Shown here one piece after another: positions 30,937 to 40,492 of a DNA stretch of 64,000 nucleotides. Position numbers and translations under genes: made by a program. The notes below the pieces were generated by a model that saw nothing but the letters and a program-made list of their open reading frames with translations, was not told the DNA's origin and made no database searches. The stretch comes from a virus. Its lineage: Duplodnaviria; Caudoviricetes. The DNA lies in IMG/VR virus record IMGVR_UViG_3300043468_001158. One strand, written 5' to 3'. How positions within the stretch are numbered: the stretch's first letter is position 1; the number at the start of each line of letters is the position of its first letter.

Positions 30937-30959
30937 AAAAACTGACAGACTAAGGGTAT
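30937..30959 (-). repeat. Inverted copy of the 23-bp motif at 2124-2146
   Basis: aaaaactgacagactaagggtat is the exact reverse complement. Confidence 0.9.
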
Positions 30960-31040
30960 TATATTATGTTTAGAATGTCCTCCTTGTAGATGATAGTCTT
31001 CTTTTATGTAGTTTCATGTTTATTTCTAGTCTTCTTTTTA

Positions 31041-31125
31041 TAACTTATTGATTTTATTACACTTTTATTTTATCATTGTCTTCGTAACTTATTGATTTTA
31101 TTACAACTTTTTCAAACATATTGAT
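31041..31125 (-). promoter_or_regulatory. IHF-consensus cluster
   Basis: TAACTTATTGATT at 31041-31053 and 31085-31097 (perfect); one-mismatch site at 31113-31125. Confidence 0.7.
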
Positions 31126-31151
31126 TTTATTGCTTGTTAGCCATAACATTT

Positions 31152-31181
31152 TTGCACTTTTTCTCAAAAATGTGATATAAT
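31152..31181 (+). promoter_or_regulatory. Sigma70-type promoter for gp42-like gene
   Basis: TTGCAC-18 bp-TATAAT with TG extension. Confidence 0.6.
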
Positions 31182-31223
31182 GAACATTATTCACGGTAAA
31201 AGTCTAAGGAGAAGGTATTCACA

Positions 31224-31907
31224 ATGATTTGCACAACATTAACAGTATTCAATATCAGAAACTTATTTGTTGAATTGTTTCAACGAGGACAATTTGTAAT
31301 TGATAAATCAGGTGTCAAAACAGTTGAACTTATCAATGCAAGTTTTATTGCTGATGAAGATTCTATTTTTGGAACCCCATCTTCTGATTGGCATGAACGA
31401 GAACTTCAATGGTATTTGTCTCAATCAAGAAATGTAAATGATATTCCATCACCTATTCCAAAGATATGGGGAGAAATAGCAGATCATAGTGGTTTTATCA
31501 ATAGTAATTACGGATGGTGCATATTCTCATATGACAATGGAAATCAATTCAATGAATGTTTCAATGCATTGAATAAAAATCCTGATACTCGTCAGGCGAT
31601 TATGATTTATAATCGTCCATCAATGCATGAAGATTCAAAAGAATTTGGACGTAATGATTTTATGTGTTGTCAAAATGTGCAATATTTTATTCGAGATAAT
31701 CAATTGATAGCTATCGCAAACTGGAGAAGTAGCGATGCGGTATTTGGATATAAAGGGGATTTGTTTTGGAACAGATATGTGTTGGATAAATTACATAGTC
31801 AATTGCTAATAAAATATCCAACACTTCAAAAAGGTCCAATCATTTGGAACGCGGCATCACTTCACGTTTATGAACGCCACTTCCGCTTGATTGAGAAACT
31901 TATCTAA
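31224..31907 (+). CDS. gp42: dCMP hydroxymethylase (or related dCMP-modifying ThyA-fold enzyme), T4 gp42 homolog
   Basis: Colinear with T4 gp42 as I recall it: 'IDKSGVKTVELINASFIADE', 'RELQWY', 'INSNYGW', 'NPDTRQAIMIYNRPSM', 'DFMCC' (catalytic Cys), 'RSSDAVFGYKGD' (Asp at the dCMP-specificity position), 'SLHVYERHF'. Confidence 0.9.
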   Translation: MICTTLTVFNIRNLFVELFQRGQFVIDKSGVKTVELINASFIADEDSIFGTPSSDWHERELQWYLSQSRNVNDIPSPIPKIWGEIADHSGFINSNYGWCIFSYDNGNQFNECFNALNKNPDTRQAIMIYNRPSMHEDSKEFGRNDFMCCQNVQYFIRDNQLIAIANWRSSDAVFGYKGDLFWNRYVLDKLHSQLLIKYPTLQKGPIIWNAASLHVYERHFRLIEKLI

Positions 31908-33755
31908 TTGTTCAAAGAATACAGTTGAATTGAATGAAGATTGAATCCCAGCAAGTTTGCATTGTTGTTCAATAAGAATAGCTCTGTCTAAATCTTCTAA
32001 AGAACGAATGTTATGTTCTTCGGCAAGAGGCTTATTCAAATCTTGTCCTTGCAAATCAAAAACATAATGTAATAATTTACCTATAAGTTCTTGATTATAA
32101 AGTTCTTTCCAATAAGGTTTGCGATATCTTCCAGCATTTACATCTTGCGACAGTTTTGAAAGTATTTGATATTCTTCTTTAGTAATTTTGAATTTTTGAA
32201 GAATAGATTCTTCTGCAGCTGGTGGAGTATCTTCAGTTTTATCTTTTCCGTCCAACCCGTCACTGGGTTTTTCTTCTTTTTCATTCCTGTCATCACTTGT
32301 AGTTTTTTCTTCAGTTTCTTCTTCAGGCTTTAGCAATGGCTCTTCATCATCATCTTTCGGTTTTGAAGTATCTGTTTTTGGGTCATCTTTTTCATCTTTA
32401 GCAGGAGCCTGTTCATCAGGAGCTTTTAATACCTTACTTAGTAATTCGCTAATCTTACGACTATGTTTTTCACCAAATTGAATAATAAGATGATCTTCAA
32501 TAAATTCTTTGAAAGCTGCTGGAGTTTTTGGACGTCCTTCTTCAGACCAAGCTTTATGTAAGGAATCAACTGTAATCTTACGACCTCCTAGTCCTAGTAA
32601 TCCTTCACTTAGGATATCATCTTCTAAATCAGAAACATCTGTTTGTTCACGAAGTTGTTCATCAAGTTCCTCTTTAGTTAGTATTGAAAAATCCTTTCTA
32701 CCATATGAACGTAATGCAATGTTACTTATCTGTTTGAGAGTTTTTTTCGTAAGACCTTTTAATATAACACTCAAATTGATTGTATCTTCTAATGATGCTG
32801 CTGAATAAACACCATGGTTCCAAATAAAGATTTTGTTTTTGCCTTTATTTGCATGTTCAAGTGCTTCAATAAATTTGCAACCTTTGATCTTAAATTTGAT
32901 ATTATCAGAAGGTCTAGTAAAAATAGTAAAGGCGAGGGGAATAAATGTGGTAGATCGGCCGATTGTATACAATGGCCTAGGTTCAGAACCATCTTCCGCA
33001 AAAAAATCAGCTTTTTTGATAATAAGTTTGATAAGTTCTTTATTTTCATTGACTACATCAATTAATGGTTTATCTTTGTTAGCCTCAGTCCAAGCTTCTA
33101 ATGCTTGATAATTATCAACAGTTTTTTCATATACATTTTGTTTTATCTGTTGATGTTGAAGAAGAGAATTGACATAATCTCCAAAATCTTTAGCTTTGAA
33201 CTTACCATTTCCACTATTGATGAAATCAGCCATTGCCTTAACAGTTGACATTAGAACTCGTCTTATAAAAACAAATTCTTCACCATTAGCTAACCATTTT
33301 GAAATAAATGGTTTTGTTTCAAGTGACTGTTCTTTATCAGCAATCGAATTGAAAGAGGAAGATATTGAACTAGTAAAAAATTGACGATGTTTATATTCAT
33401 AGAGGCTATCGTCAGTAAAATATTCTCTAACTTGCTTCTTCAATGCATCATAACTTTCAGCAGATTTCTTATCATCACGGTCAGCTTTCGCTTTTTCATC
33501 TTCATCATGAGCTTTATCTTTTTCTTCCTGTTTCTTTTGATCTTCTTCAGCTTTTTCTTCAGCAGTTTTATCAATTCCGCCAAAAAATTTTTTGTTTAGT
33601 TTGAATAGTTCATCATTTTGTCTAATACCCAATTCAACTTTTTTGAATAATTCAATTATCTGTTCATCAGTATATTTAGAACCGGAGGGATTAGCTTCAT
33701 TCAAAACAAAGTTATTGATTCCTGCAAGTTTTGCAATAGTATTAGTAGAAAACAT
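31857..33755 (-). CDS. Large acidic late protein, possible head-associated protein
   Basis: Probable start MFSTNTIAKLAGI at 33755; KLAGI motif at both ends; D/E/K-rich linker; late promoter upstream. Confidence 0.75.
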   Translation of the reverse strand: MFSTNTIAKLAGINNFVLNEANPSGSKYTDEQIIELFKKVELGIRQNDELFKLNKKFFGGIDKTAEEKAEEDQKKQEEKDKAHDEDEKAKADRDDKKSAESYDALKKQVREYFTDDSLYEYKHRQFFTSSISSSFNSIADKEQSLETKPFISKWLANGEEFVFIRRVLMSTVKAMADFINSGNGKFKAKDFGDYVNSLLQHQQIKQNVYEKTVDNYQALEAWTEANKDKPLIDVVNENKELIKLIIKKADFFAEDGSEPRPLYTIGRSTTFIPLAFTIFTRPSDNIKFKIKGCKFIEALEHANKGKNKIFIWNHGVYSAASLEDTINLSVILKGLTKKTLKQISNIALRSYGRKDFSILTKEELDEQLREQTDVSDLEDDILSEGLLGLGGRKITVDSLHKAWSEEGRPKTPAAFKEFIEDHLIIQFGEKHSRKISELLSKVLKAPDEQAPAKDEKDDPKTDTSKPKDDDEEPLLKPEEETEEKTTSDDRNEKEEKPSDGLDGKDKTEDTPPAAEESILQKFKITKEEYQILSKLSQDVNAGRYRKPYWKELYNQELIGKLLHYVFDLQGQDLNKPLAEEHNIRSLEDLDRAILIEQQCKLAGIQSSFNSTVFFEQLDKFLNQAEVAFINVK

Positions 33756-33801
33756 TATATGAGTAACCCGTGTACATGAGAAATATGTTATGATAAACAA
33801 C

Positions 33802-33809
33802 TATTTATA
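33802..33809 (-). promoter_or_regulatory. T4-type late promoter
   Basis: tatttata on + = TATAAATA on -. Confidence 0.7.
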
Positions 33810-33840
33810 CAGAATGTCTAACAGGAAGAGGTCTTAGCAC

Positions 33841-33869
33841 TGTACATTAGCCATCAAATGTGTTATAAT
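33841..33869 (+). promoter_or_regulatory. Sigma70-type promoter
   Basis: TGTACA-17 bp-TATAAT with TG extension, back-to-back with the late promoter. Confidence 0.65.
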
Positions 33870-33905
33870 GTTTAATGAACATCCAATAAAGAAGAGCCAA
33901 CATCA

Positions 33906-35645
33906 ATGCTAAAATACGAACAAGCAATTCTTGACTCGTTCAAGAAGCTAGGCAAAACTCCACGAGGTCATCAGCTTGCTGACATTCATTACATTCTCGA
34001 AGCATACCTTGACAGGGGCAAAACCAAAGTTATACTTTCAGCTCCAACGGGAAGTGGTAAGTCAATCATAGGTGCAGTTGTTGCTGATGTGCTACATGCT
34101 TTATCAACTGACAAGAACCATCATGGCCATCATATTGATGATGTTGTTGAACGTGAAGGCTCATTTATTCTGGTTGGCACAAACATTCTTGCAACTCAGT
34201 ATGCGGATACCTTTGAAAATGTAAGGGATTTTCTTCAAGTAAAAGGCGCAAACAACTACGAATGTCGAGCTCTTTCAACTTTCACTGACCCAGTCTTTGC
34301 AGATAGTTGCTGCGAATCTGACATGAAGAAGTCAAAGCAAGCTGACCTATTACAAATGGTTGATAAGTATTGTGGTAAATGTGAATATGCATATGTTCGT
34401 AAAGCAAAACATAAAGTTCAACATCTTATTACGAATTACAGTTACTTCTTTATCGACCGGCTTTTTACTAAACAGCATGCTTATAGAACAATTACCGTTT
34501 GGGATGAAGCACATACTCTAAACGATACTTTTGCTGAACATTGTGCAGTCTTTGTTTCTGATAAACGACTAACTCAAATCGCAGAAGAAATTACTGAAGT
34601 ATTACAATTCACCGAACTTGAAGTATTTAAGTTTCTAAAAGACTTTAAGAATTCTATTAAGAATGGACATATTACTGAAAACAATTACTTGGAGTATCTA
34701 GAGAAACTTCATAAGTTCTATAAACGAGTAGAAGATGAAGGGAAACTTCAAGCAAAATCTCTAATGATTCAATCTAATCTAAAAGAATATGGAAAGATTA
34801 GTAAGATAGCTAAAAAGTATGGGGATATGGCATGTAAGATTGGTGATTTACTTTCATATATGTATGAACATATCTTTGAGCTGAATACTACAACAAAAGA
34901 ACTTATCGTCAAACCAATCTTTGTTGGCGATATGTTTCAAACTTTAGTCAATTCAAAGTATCAGCTTTTTATGTCGGCTACGGTTTCTGGACCATTACTC
35001 ATTGATACTTTAGCTCTTAATCCTGATGAAGTGGAGTTTATCAAACTCCCACCATACTTCCCGGTCGATAATAAGAAAATGATATTTCTTAGTGTCGATA
35101 AACTAAACTATGTTTCAATGAAAGACCCTAAAGTTCAAACAAAACTTGTAAAGGCTTGTGTCAAATTAGTTGATAGACATATCAATGAAGGAGAAAATGG
35201 GATTATCCTAACACCAAGTTTTGATGTTACTGAAATGATTTCTAAAAGTCTTACACATGTCAAATTGTTTCAACATGAACGTGGCACTAAACTTGCTCCT
35301 TTAGTTGAAAAGTTCAAAAAATGTAATGAGCCATCAGTTCTGATTTCACCAAGTATGTTTGAAGGTTTATCACTTGATGACGACTTGTCACGATTTCAGA
35401 TTTACGTCAAAGCACCATATGCATCTTTAGGTGAAAAACGAGTCAAGTATATTGCAGACAATTACAAACAGCTGTATGAACTGCAAACCATACTTCGCAT
35501 CATTCAGGGAGCAGGTCGTTCAGTTAGAAGTGAAGAAGATTATGCAACAACTTACATGTTAGACTCGATGTTGTCCTACTTATGGAAAAGTCGACTGAAT
35601 GAATGGAAAGATGAGTTCAGTGTATCATATCAAACACTAATGTAA
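33906..35645 (+). CDS. DinG/Rad3-like SF2 helicase
   Basis: Walker A 'SAPTGSGKS', 'VKGANNYEC', 'DEAH', 'MSAT', 'EGLSL', 'IQGAGRSVR'; Cys cluster CxxxC/CxxC in the Fe-S region. Confidence 0.85.
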   Translation: MLKYEQAILDSFKKLGKTPRGHQLADIHYILEAYLDRGKTKVILSAPTGSGKSIIGAVVADVLHALSTDKNHHGHHIDDVVEREGSFILVGTNILATQYADTFENVRDFLQVKGANNYECRALSTFTDPVFADSCCESDMKKSKQADLLQMVDKYCGKCEYAYVRKAKHKVQHLITNYSYFFIDRLFTKQHAYRTITVWDEAHTLNDTFAEHCAVFVSDKRLTQIAEEITEVLQFTELEVFKFLKDFKNSIKNGHITENNYLEYLEKLHKFYKRVEDEGKLQAKSLMIQSNLKEYGKISKIAKKYGDMACKIGDLLSYMYEHIFELNTTTKELIVKPIFVGDMFQTLVNSKYQLFMSATVSGPLLIDTLALNPDEVEFIKLPPYFPVDNKKMIFLSVDKLNYVSMKDPKVQTKLVKACVKLVDRHINEGENGIILTPSFDVTEMISKSLTHVKLFQHERGTKLAPLVEKFKKCNEPSVLISPSMFEGLSLDDDLSRFQIYVKAPYASLGEKRVKYIADNYKQLYELQTILRIIQGAGRSVRSEEDYATTYMLDSMLSYLWKSRLNEWKDEFSVSYQTLM

Positions 35646-35713
35646 CAATCGTGTAATAACTCATTTGATTGTTTCCTTTTATGAAACAGCTAATTATAGA
35701 AAATAGCTATGTA

Positions 35714-35726
35714 AATCAATAGGTTG
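35714..35726 (+). promoter_or_regulatory. IHF-consensus site
   Basis: AATCAATAGGTTG matches WATCAANNNNTTR. Confidence 0.5.
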
Positions 35727-35810
35727 AAAAAGTCTGTTTGATAAATACTTATGGAGGTTGTGTTACAATATAATCTCCATAATTGTTAAACTACTACAAG
35801 AGAAAACAAA

Positions 35811-35981
35811 ATGAACACACCATTGAAATACTTAGGAATTGCCTTAGGCGGCATATTCTTCTGGGCGGTGAGTGGTTTTGTACATGAAGGCCAACTCATC
35901 AACGCTTGCGAGAAAGGAAAAACGGTAACCACCACTCATCCTTCTTATAACCTACAAGGATGCAAGCTCGTCAAACGATAA
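35811..35981 (+). CDS. Small (56 aa) membrane/exported protein, not in ORF track
   Basis: MNTPLKYLGIALGGIFFWAVSGFVHEG...; hydrophobic N-terminus, purine-rich RBS. Confidence 0.6.
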   Translation: MNTPLKYLGIALGGIFFWAVSGFVHEGQLINACEKGKTVTTTHPSYNLQGCKLVKR

Positions 35982-36023
35982 CACGTTTTTAGTGTGATAT
36001 CATATACCAATAATAAGATGCTA

Positions 36024-36052
36024 TTTACTTGAGCTGACGTTTGTGTTATAAT
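36024..36052 (+). promoter_or_regulatory. Sigma70-type early promoter
   Basis: CTA-TTTACT-17 bp-TATAAT with TG extension. Confidence 0.75.
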
Positions 36053-36091
36053 TGTGCTATACATCAGTTCAAGTAAAAGGCACACCTCCAC

Positions 36092-36634
36092 ATGAAGCTA
36101 AAACTTCCATACCAACATTATGTGATTGAAGGTATTGATGGACTCGGTAAGAGCACCCTCATCAATGCAATCAAAAATGCAGACGGTTTCTTTCACTACA
36201 TTCATTACGAAAAACCGCAAGCACTTGATGTGTATGATAATGACTTATTCACATATCAATCAAATAGTTTCCAATATGGGTTTGAATTATTAGAACAACA
36301 GATAGTACCATTCATCTTTGACCGCTTTCATCTTGGCGAACTTGTTTATGCACATCGTTATAGAGGTTATGATGGTGAATATGTCTTTAGCATGGAACGC
36401 GATTACAAAGTTGAAAAATGGAGTCATGTCAAACTCATCCTACTTGTGACTTCAAACTGGTCTCACATTGTGGATGATGGATTATCATTTGACTTTTCTG
36501 CTAAAGAACAAGAGCAAGAAGATTTCATTAGAGCAATACAACAATCCCAATTCCCACGTCGTCAAATCATTGATATCTGTCATAAAGATGGACGTCGTAA
36601 AACACCCCAAGAACTATTAGAGGAGATTTCCTAA
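36092..36634 (+). CDS. Thymidylate/dNMP kinase-like protein
   Basis: P-loop 'IEGIDGLGKST' and 'IFDRFHLGELVY' typical of the TMK family. Confidence 0.85.
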   Translation: MKLKLPYQHYVIEGIDGLGKSTLINAIKNADGFFHYIHYEKPQALDVYDNDLFTYQSNSFQYGFELLEQQIVPFIFDRFHLGELVYAHRYRGYDGEYVFSMERDYKVEKWSHVKLILLVTSNWSHIVDDGLSFDFSAKEQEQEDFIRAIQQSQFPRRQIIDICHKDGRRKTPQELLEEIS

Positions 36635-36635
36635 G

Positions 36636-38138
36636 ATGGCCGTCATCGAAACAAAAATACCAAAACAACTGTATGTCACTCTCAGACAAGAACGACGAGT
36701 AGAACCTGATGATGCACCATTAGGCTTTGCTTCTCCATACGAACCTGGTACAAGTGGCTTCAAGAAAAGACAAAAAACCCAATTAGAATGGGCTTATCAA
36801 GTTTCACATCCTCATACAACATTTACCATTCATGACCTTCATAGAATAAATGTCTATCAAAATCAATTGTCGCTTATGTATTCACAGGATGATACGTCTG
36901 GTGAAGTCAAGATGTTTGAATGGGTTGACGATGAAACATTACCACGATTAGAAGCTAAAGATAATGATGACTGGCTAAAACAATACTTACCAAATACCTA
37001 TTGCGGCAAGTCTCGTCAAGAAGTTACTGACGACCATCCAATGGCACCTAAGATTCTTGACAATGTTCCGCTTTCTGGTTATCAATTGACTAAAGAAGTT
37101 CGTCGTACTGGTTGGAATGGTGGTAATGTTGTATGGCGAATTCTTGACCCGCGTGGATTCCAGCTTGAAATCAGTTCAGCTAATCTTGCTCGTATCATTG
37201 ATTGCTCGACTATTACTGAAGGTGTCATTATGGAACCTTGTATCTGGGGACGGTCAGGAGCTGCAAATGTATTGCTTCCAATGTCATCAGACATTTGTAA
37301 AGCTGCTTATGTGAATACTGAGCGAGCTGAAAAAAAGAAGATTCCATTGAAAGAAGTGTCAATCGGCGATCATGTTAGGATTCAAGAATCTTCAAAGAAT
37401 GAAGATATTGTGTATGAGTATCTTGGTAAATTCACGATTATCACTGGCTCAACACGTAATGAATTTTACCCATATACCACATTCAGTGGCATACATGTAG
37501 CTCGTGACAATTATGAACGGTATGTATTACGCAGGGTTGATTTTGTTGGAGGCAAAAATCAAATAGCTTATGAGTTCTATTCAACTCCAACTGTATATGA
37601 AATAGTTCAAAAGACTTTAGTTCCTAAAGATAAAGTTGAAGTATGTCAAAGACTAAATGACCTTGCATCAAGTAGATTCTTTGGGACTGATGAAACTCAT
37701 TCGCATTTATCTTATGATTCTCGTATTGTTGGATTCTGTATTGGCAAACCATCAGATTTTTCTTTATCATTAGAAAAAGTAGATGATGATGTAGATGAAT
37801 ATGCTAGAAATTGGACTATGTATGAAAGTCAATTTGAAAACTCAAAAGTCAAATCTTATTTCGTTCGTAAAGACAATCAATTATATATGATTGCTAATAA
37901 TAGAAATAATATTAGATTAGTTCCATGCAAAATAGATAAAGTTTCTATAAATTTTGAAACTAAAGTAGTAAAACATTCAAGTGGTTATTATGCTCGTAAT
38001 ATGGAAGTTCCAGTGACTTACGATTTAGATATATTGCCACCAAATGATAAAGAATGGTTTCAATTAGTTCTAAATCTAAATGGAAACAAAATACAACAAT
38101 CCTTATATCAATTCAACGACATTTCAATAAATGACTGA
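36636..38138 (+). CDS. Conserved phage hypothetical protein
   Basis: 500 aa; 'GFASPYE' and 'DPRGFQLEISSANL' motifs recognised from large phages. Confidence 0.75.
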   Translation: MAVIETKIPKQLYVTLRQERRVEPDDAPLGFASPYEPGTSGFKKRQKTQLEWAYQVSHPHTTFTIHDLHRINVYQNQLSLMYSQDDTSGEVKMFEWVDDETLPRLEAKDNDDWLKQYLPNTYCGKSRQEVTDDHPMAPKILDNVPLSGYQLTKEVRRTGWNGGNVVWRILDPRGFQLEISSANLARIIDCSTITEGVIMEPCIWGRSGAANVLLPMSSDICKAAYVNTERAEKKKIPLKEVSIGDHVRIQESSKNEDIVYEYLGKFTIITGSTRNEFYPYTTFSGIHVARDNYERYVLRRVDFVGGKNQIAYEFYSTPTVYEIVQKTLVPKDKVEVCQRLNDLASSRFFGTDETHSHLSYDSRIVGFCIGKPSDFSLSLEKVDDDVDEYARNWTMYESQFENSKVKSYFVRKDNQLYMIANNRNNIRLVPCKIDKVSINFETKVVKHSSGYYARNMEVPVTYDLDILPPNDKEWFQLVLNLNGNKIQQSLYQFNDISIND

Positions 38139-38670
38139 TACTAATCCGCTATTCATTTCAGATACTCACTGGTTTCATCAGAACATAATCAAATATTGTA
38201 ATAGACCATTTGAATCCGCTGATGAAATGAATGAAACTTTACTAACAAACTGGAATGCAAAAGTCAAACCTCAAGATACTGTTTATTTCTTAGGGGATTT
38301 TGCTTTTGCTCCACATGATAAGGTAAAAGCCGTTCTTGACCGGCTTAATGGAAATATTCATTTATGTCGAGGCAATCATGACAAACCTTTGAATAGCCTT
38401 CATCATTACTTTACTTCAGTCTTTGATTTGAAAACGATTATGATAAAGGATGAAACCTGTATCAATGGAGTTCAGCCAATTGTTCTTTGTCATTATCCAT
38501 TATTGACTTGGGATAGACAAAGATATAATAGTTGGATGCTTCATGGTCATGTTCATTCCCCTATCAATACTAAATCATCTGTCAAAAGATATGATGTTGG
38601 AGTAGATGCTAATAACTATACACCTATTTCTTATTTAGAATTGAAAGAATGGTTCAATACTGATAAATAG
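38131..38670 (+). CDS. Calcineurin-like metallophosphoesterase
   Basis: 'SDTH', 'LGDF', 'GNHD', 'CHYP', 'HGHVH' motifs. Confidence 0.9.
   Translation: MTDTNPLFISDTHWFHQNIIKYCNRPFESADEMNETLLTNWNAKVKPQDTVYFLGDFAFAPHDKVKAVLDRLNGNIHLCRGNHDKPLNSLHHYFTSVFDLKTIMIKDETCINGVQPIVLCHYPLLTWDRQRYNSWMLHGHVHSPINTKSSVKRYDVGVDANNYTPISYLELKEWFNTDK
38662..38670 (+). promoter_or_regulatory. Late-promoter variant upstream of NTase cassette
   Basis: GATAAATAG ~48 nt upstream of ORF 38718. Confidence 0.45.
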
Positions 38671-38717
38671 AAGTTATATAGACACTCTCTAATATCATAC
38701 ACAGGACATTCTTTATT

Positions 38718-39812
38718 ATGCTTACTTTTTCATCTTATCTTTTAGAAGATAAACTTCCTCGTGCTATTTTATGCGAAGGAGGAAATGTTCAGATTGGTGA
38801 CCATGCGGCTCAACATATTAACTTAGAAGACCACGATAGAGATATCGTGTCAGATGTTATTATGAAGTCACTGGTTGAATTGAACCATTCCTTCAAAGAA
38901 GATACCGGGCTTTACATCTGGAAACCATCAGTTCTCAAAGACGGAAAGATTTTCTCAGGTTCAACTAAACACTTTTTCGATAGTCGTATTCCAACAGAAA
39001 CTTTTGTCAAACACAAAAAGTCCGTTGGCGATATTGATTTGATGGTTGATGAAAACTTGAAGAAACAAATCATCGCTTTCATCTCTGACCGCAAAGGCGA
39101 AAACTTTGGAAGTTTGGAGCTAATAGGTTCTCAACAATCCGGCGACCAAACAATCACTCTTTGGAAGTTGGAACCTATGGGTATCAATGTTCAGGTTGAT
39201 TTGGAGTATGTAGAATTTCTAAAAGATGAGCCGACTGAATGGTCTGAGTTTTCACATTCGGCTTCTTTTGAAGATATGGAAATTGGTATCAAAGGAGCCT
39301 TCCATAAACTTCTAATGACGTCACTAATGGGACATACAAAAGCTGATGCCATTCTTCAAATGAAGACTAAGCAGAAAGATATCAAAGCTGGAACTCATGC
39401 TCTTTCAATCAAGGGATTACGTAAAAAGTTTGAAAAGATTGGCGAACTTGATGGAAAGAATGTTGTCAGAGAAACGGGTTCTAAAGAATGGAACCGCAAC
39501 TTCTATGATATCTTAAGAGAGATTTTCGGTAAAGAAGCAAGTGCCGATGAAGTCAAAATGTTTTGGTCTTATACTGGAATTCTAAAGCTTTTGAAAAAGA
39601 ATATGGCTAAAGATGATTTGAAAAAAGTATTTGAAGAATTCATTGATAGATTATTTGGCGAAGGAGCACAAGGTTTATATCGTGGTGACCCAAATCGAGA
39701 TTTAGATGAAAAGATGGTTGCGTTGAAATATGCTAAAGAGAAATTAAATCTAGATTTAGACGAACATGCATTGCATAGATTACAAAAAGAATTCTACGAA
39801 AAGTACAAGTAA
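38718..39812 (+). CDS. Pol-beta-superfamily nucleotidyltransferase-like protein
   Basis: 'FSGS' ... 'GDIDL' ... 'VQVDL' acidic triad; N-terminal MLTFSSYLLE leader. Confidence 0.7.
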   Translation: MLTFSSYLLEDKLPRAILCEGGNVQIGDHAAQHINLEDHDRDIVSDVIMKSLVELNHSFKEDTGLYIWKPSVLKDGKIFSGSTKHFFDSRIPTETFVKHKKSVGDIDLMVDENLKKQIIAFISDRKGENFGSLELIGSQQSGDQTITLWKLEPMGINVQVDLEYVEFLKDEPTEWSEFSHSASFEDMEIGIKGAFHKLLMTSLMGHTKADAILQMKTKQKDIKAGTHALSIKGLRKKFEKIGELDGKNVVRETGSKEWNRNFYDILREIFGKEASADEVKMFWSYTGILKLLKKNMAKDDLKKVFEEFIDRLFGEGAQGLYRGDPNRDLDEKMVALKYAKEKLNLDLDEHALHRLQKEFYEKYK

Positions 39813-40490
39813 ATGATTACATTCAAAGAATACTTATTAGGGGAGATGACATTAGTCGACCCTGCGGTATCTGCCAAAATGTTATACGATTATTTAGATG
39901 ATATAGAACCTTTGATTATTCATGGTGGTGGAGTAACTCATATTGGTGACATTGAAGAATATCAAGTATATCATACTAAGTATAACAATTATGAAGTATA
40001 TGCTTTAAGAAAGGATGATGAAGTTGCTTGTGTATTCAAATGTATGTTTAGAACCTTTCCGATAATTGATAAAGTTCTTTATGTGTTTATCATGGTAACA
40101 AAACCCTCGTTTCAGGGTAAAGCTTTATCTGCAAAAATGATACACTTTTTCAATACTCGAGAAGTATGGCATGTGCTCATTGATGACTTATTATCTCCAT
40201 CGAATAAGAATAACCTAGAAAAGATTGCTAAAGATGAAAATTCTTCAGCATGCTGGTATAATGTAAAGACTGGTGAAATTGAGCCATTCAAAAATACTGA
40301 AGGAAAATACACATTCAATTTTGCTCATCCTGAAACACATTGGCAAATTCTTTTTCAGAAAAGACATAAAGGCGATAATGAAGATATCTTTAAGACTGAA
40401 GAAGTTTATTCAAGATTTTGGAAAAGGGAACATATAGCAGAATGTCGTATGATTAATGGATATGAACATTTAGGACTAGGAACCGATTAA
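39813..40490 (+). CDS. GNAT-like acetyltransferase
   Basis: 'VTKPSFQGKALS' acetyl-CoA-binding-like motif; paralog of 41397-42095; N-terminal MITFKEYLLGE leader. Confidence 0.55.
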   Translation: MITFKEYLLGEMTLVDPAVSAKMLYDYLDDIEPLIIHGGGVTHIGDIEEYQVYHTKYNNYEVYALRKDDEVACVFKCMFRTFPIIDKVLYVFIMVTKPSFQGKALSAKMIHFFNTREVWHVLIDDLLSPSNKNNLEKIAKDENSSACWYNVKTGEIEPFKNTEGKYTFNFAHPETHWQILFQKRHKGDNEDIFKTEEVYSRFWKREHIAECRMINGYEHLGLGTD

Positions 40491-40492
40491 GA

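Noticed and set aside
2124-30959. Confirmed invertible segment
   Set aside because: No serine or tyrosine recombinase in the window, and the inverted motif is also explained by same-orientation placement relative to late promoters; kept only as an alternative hypothesis
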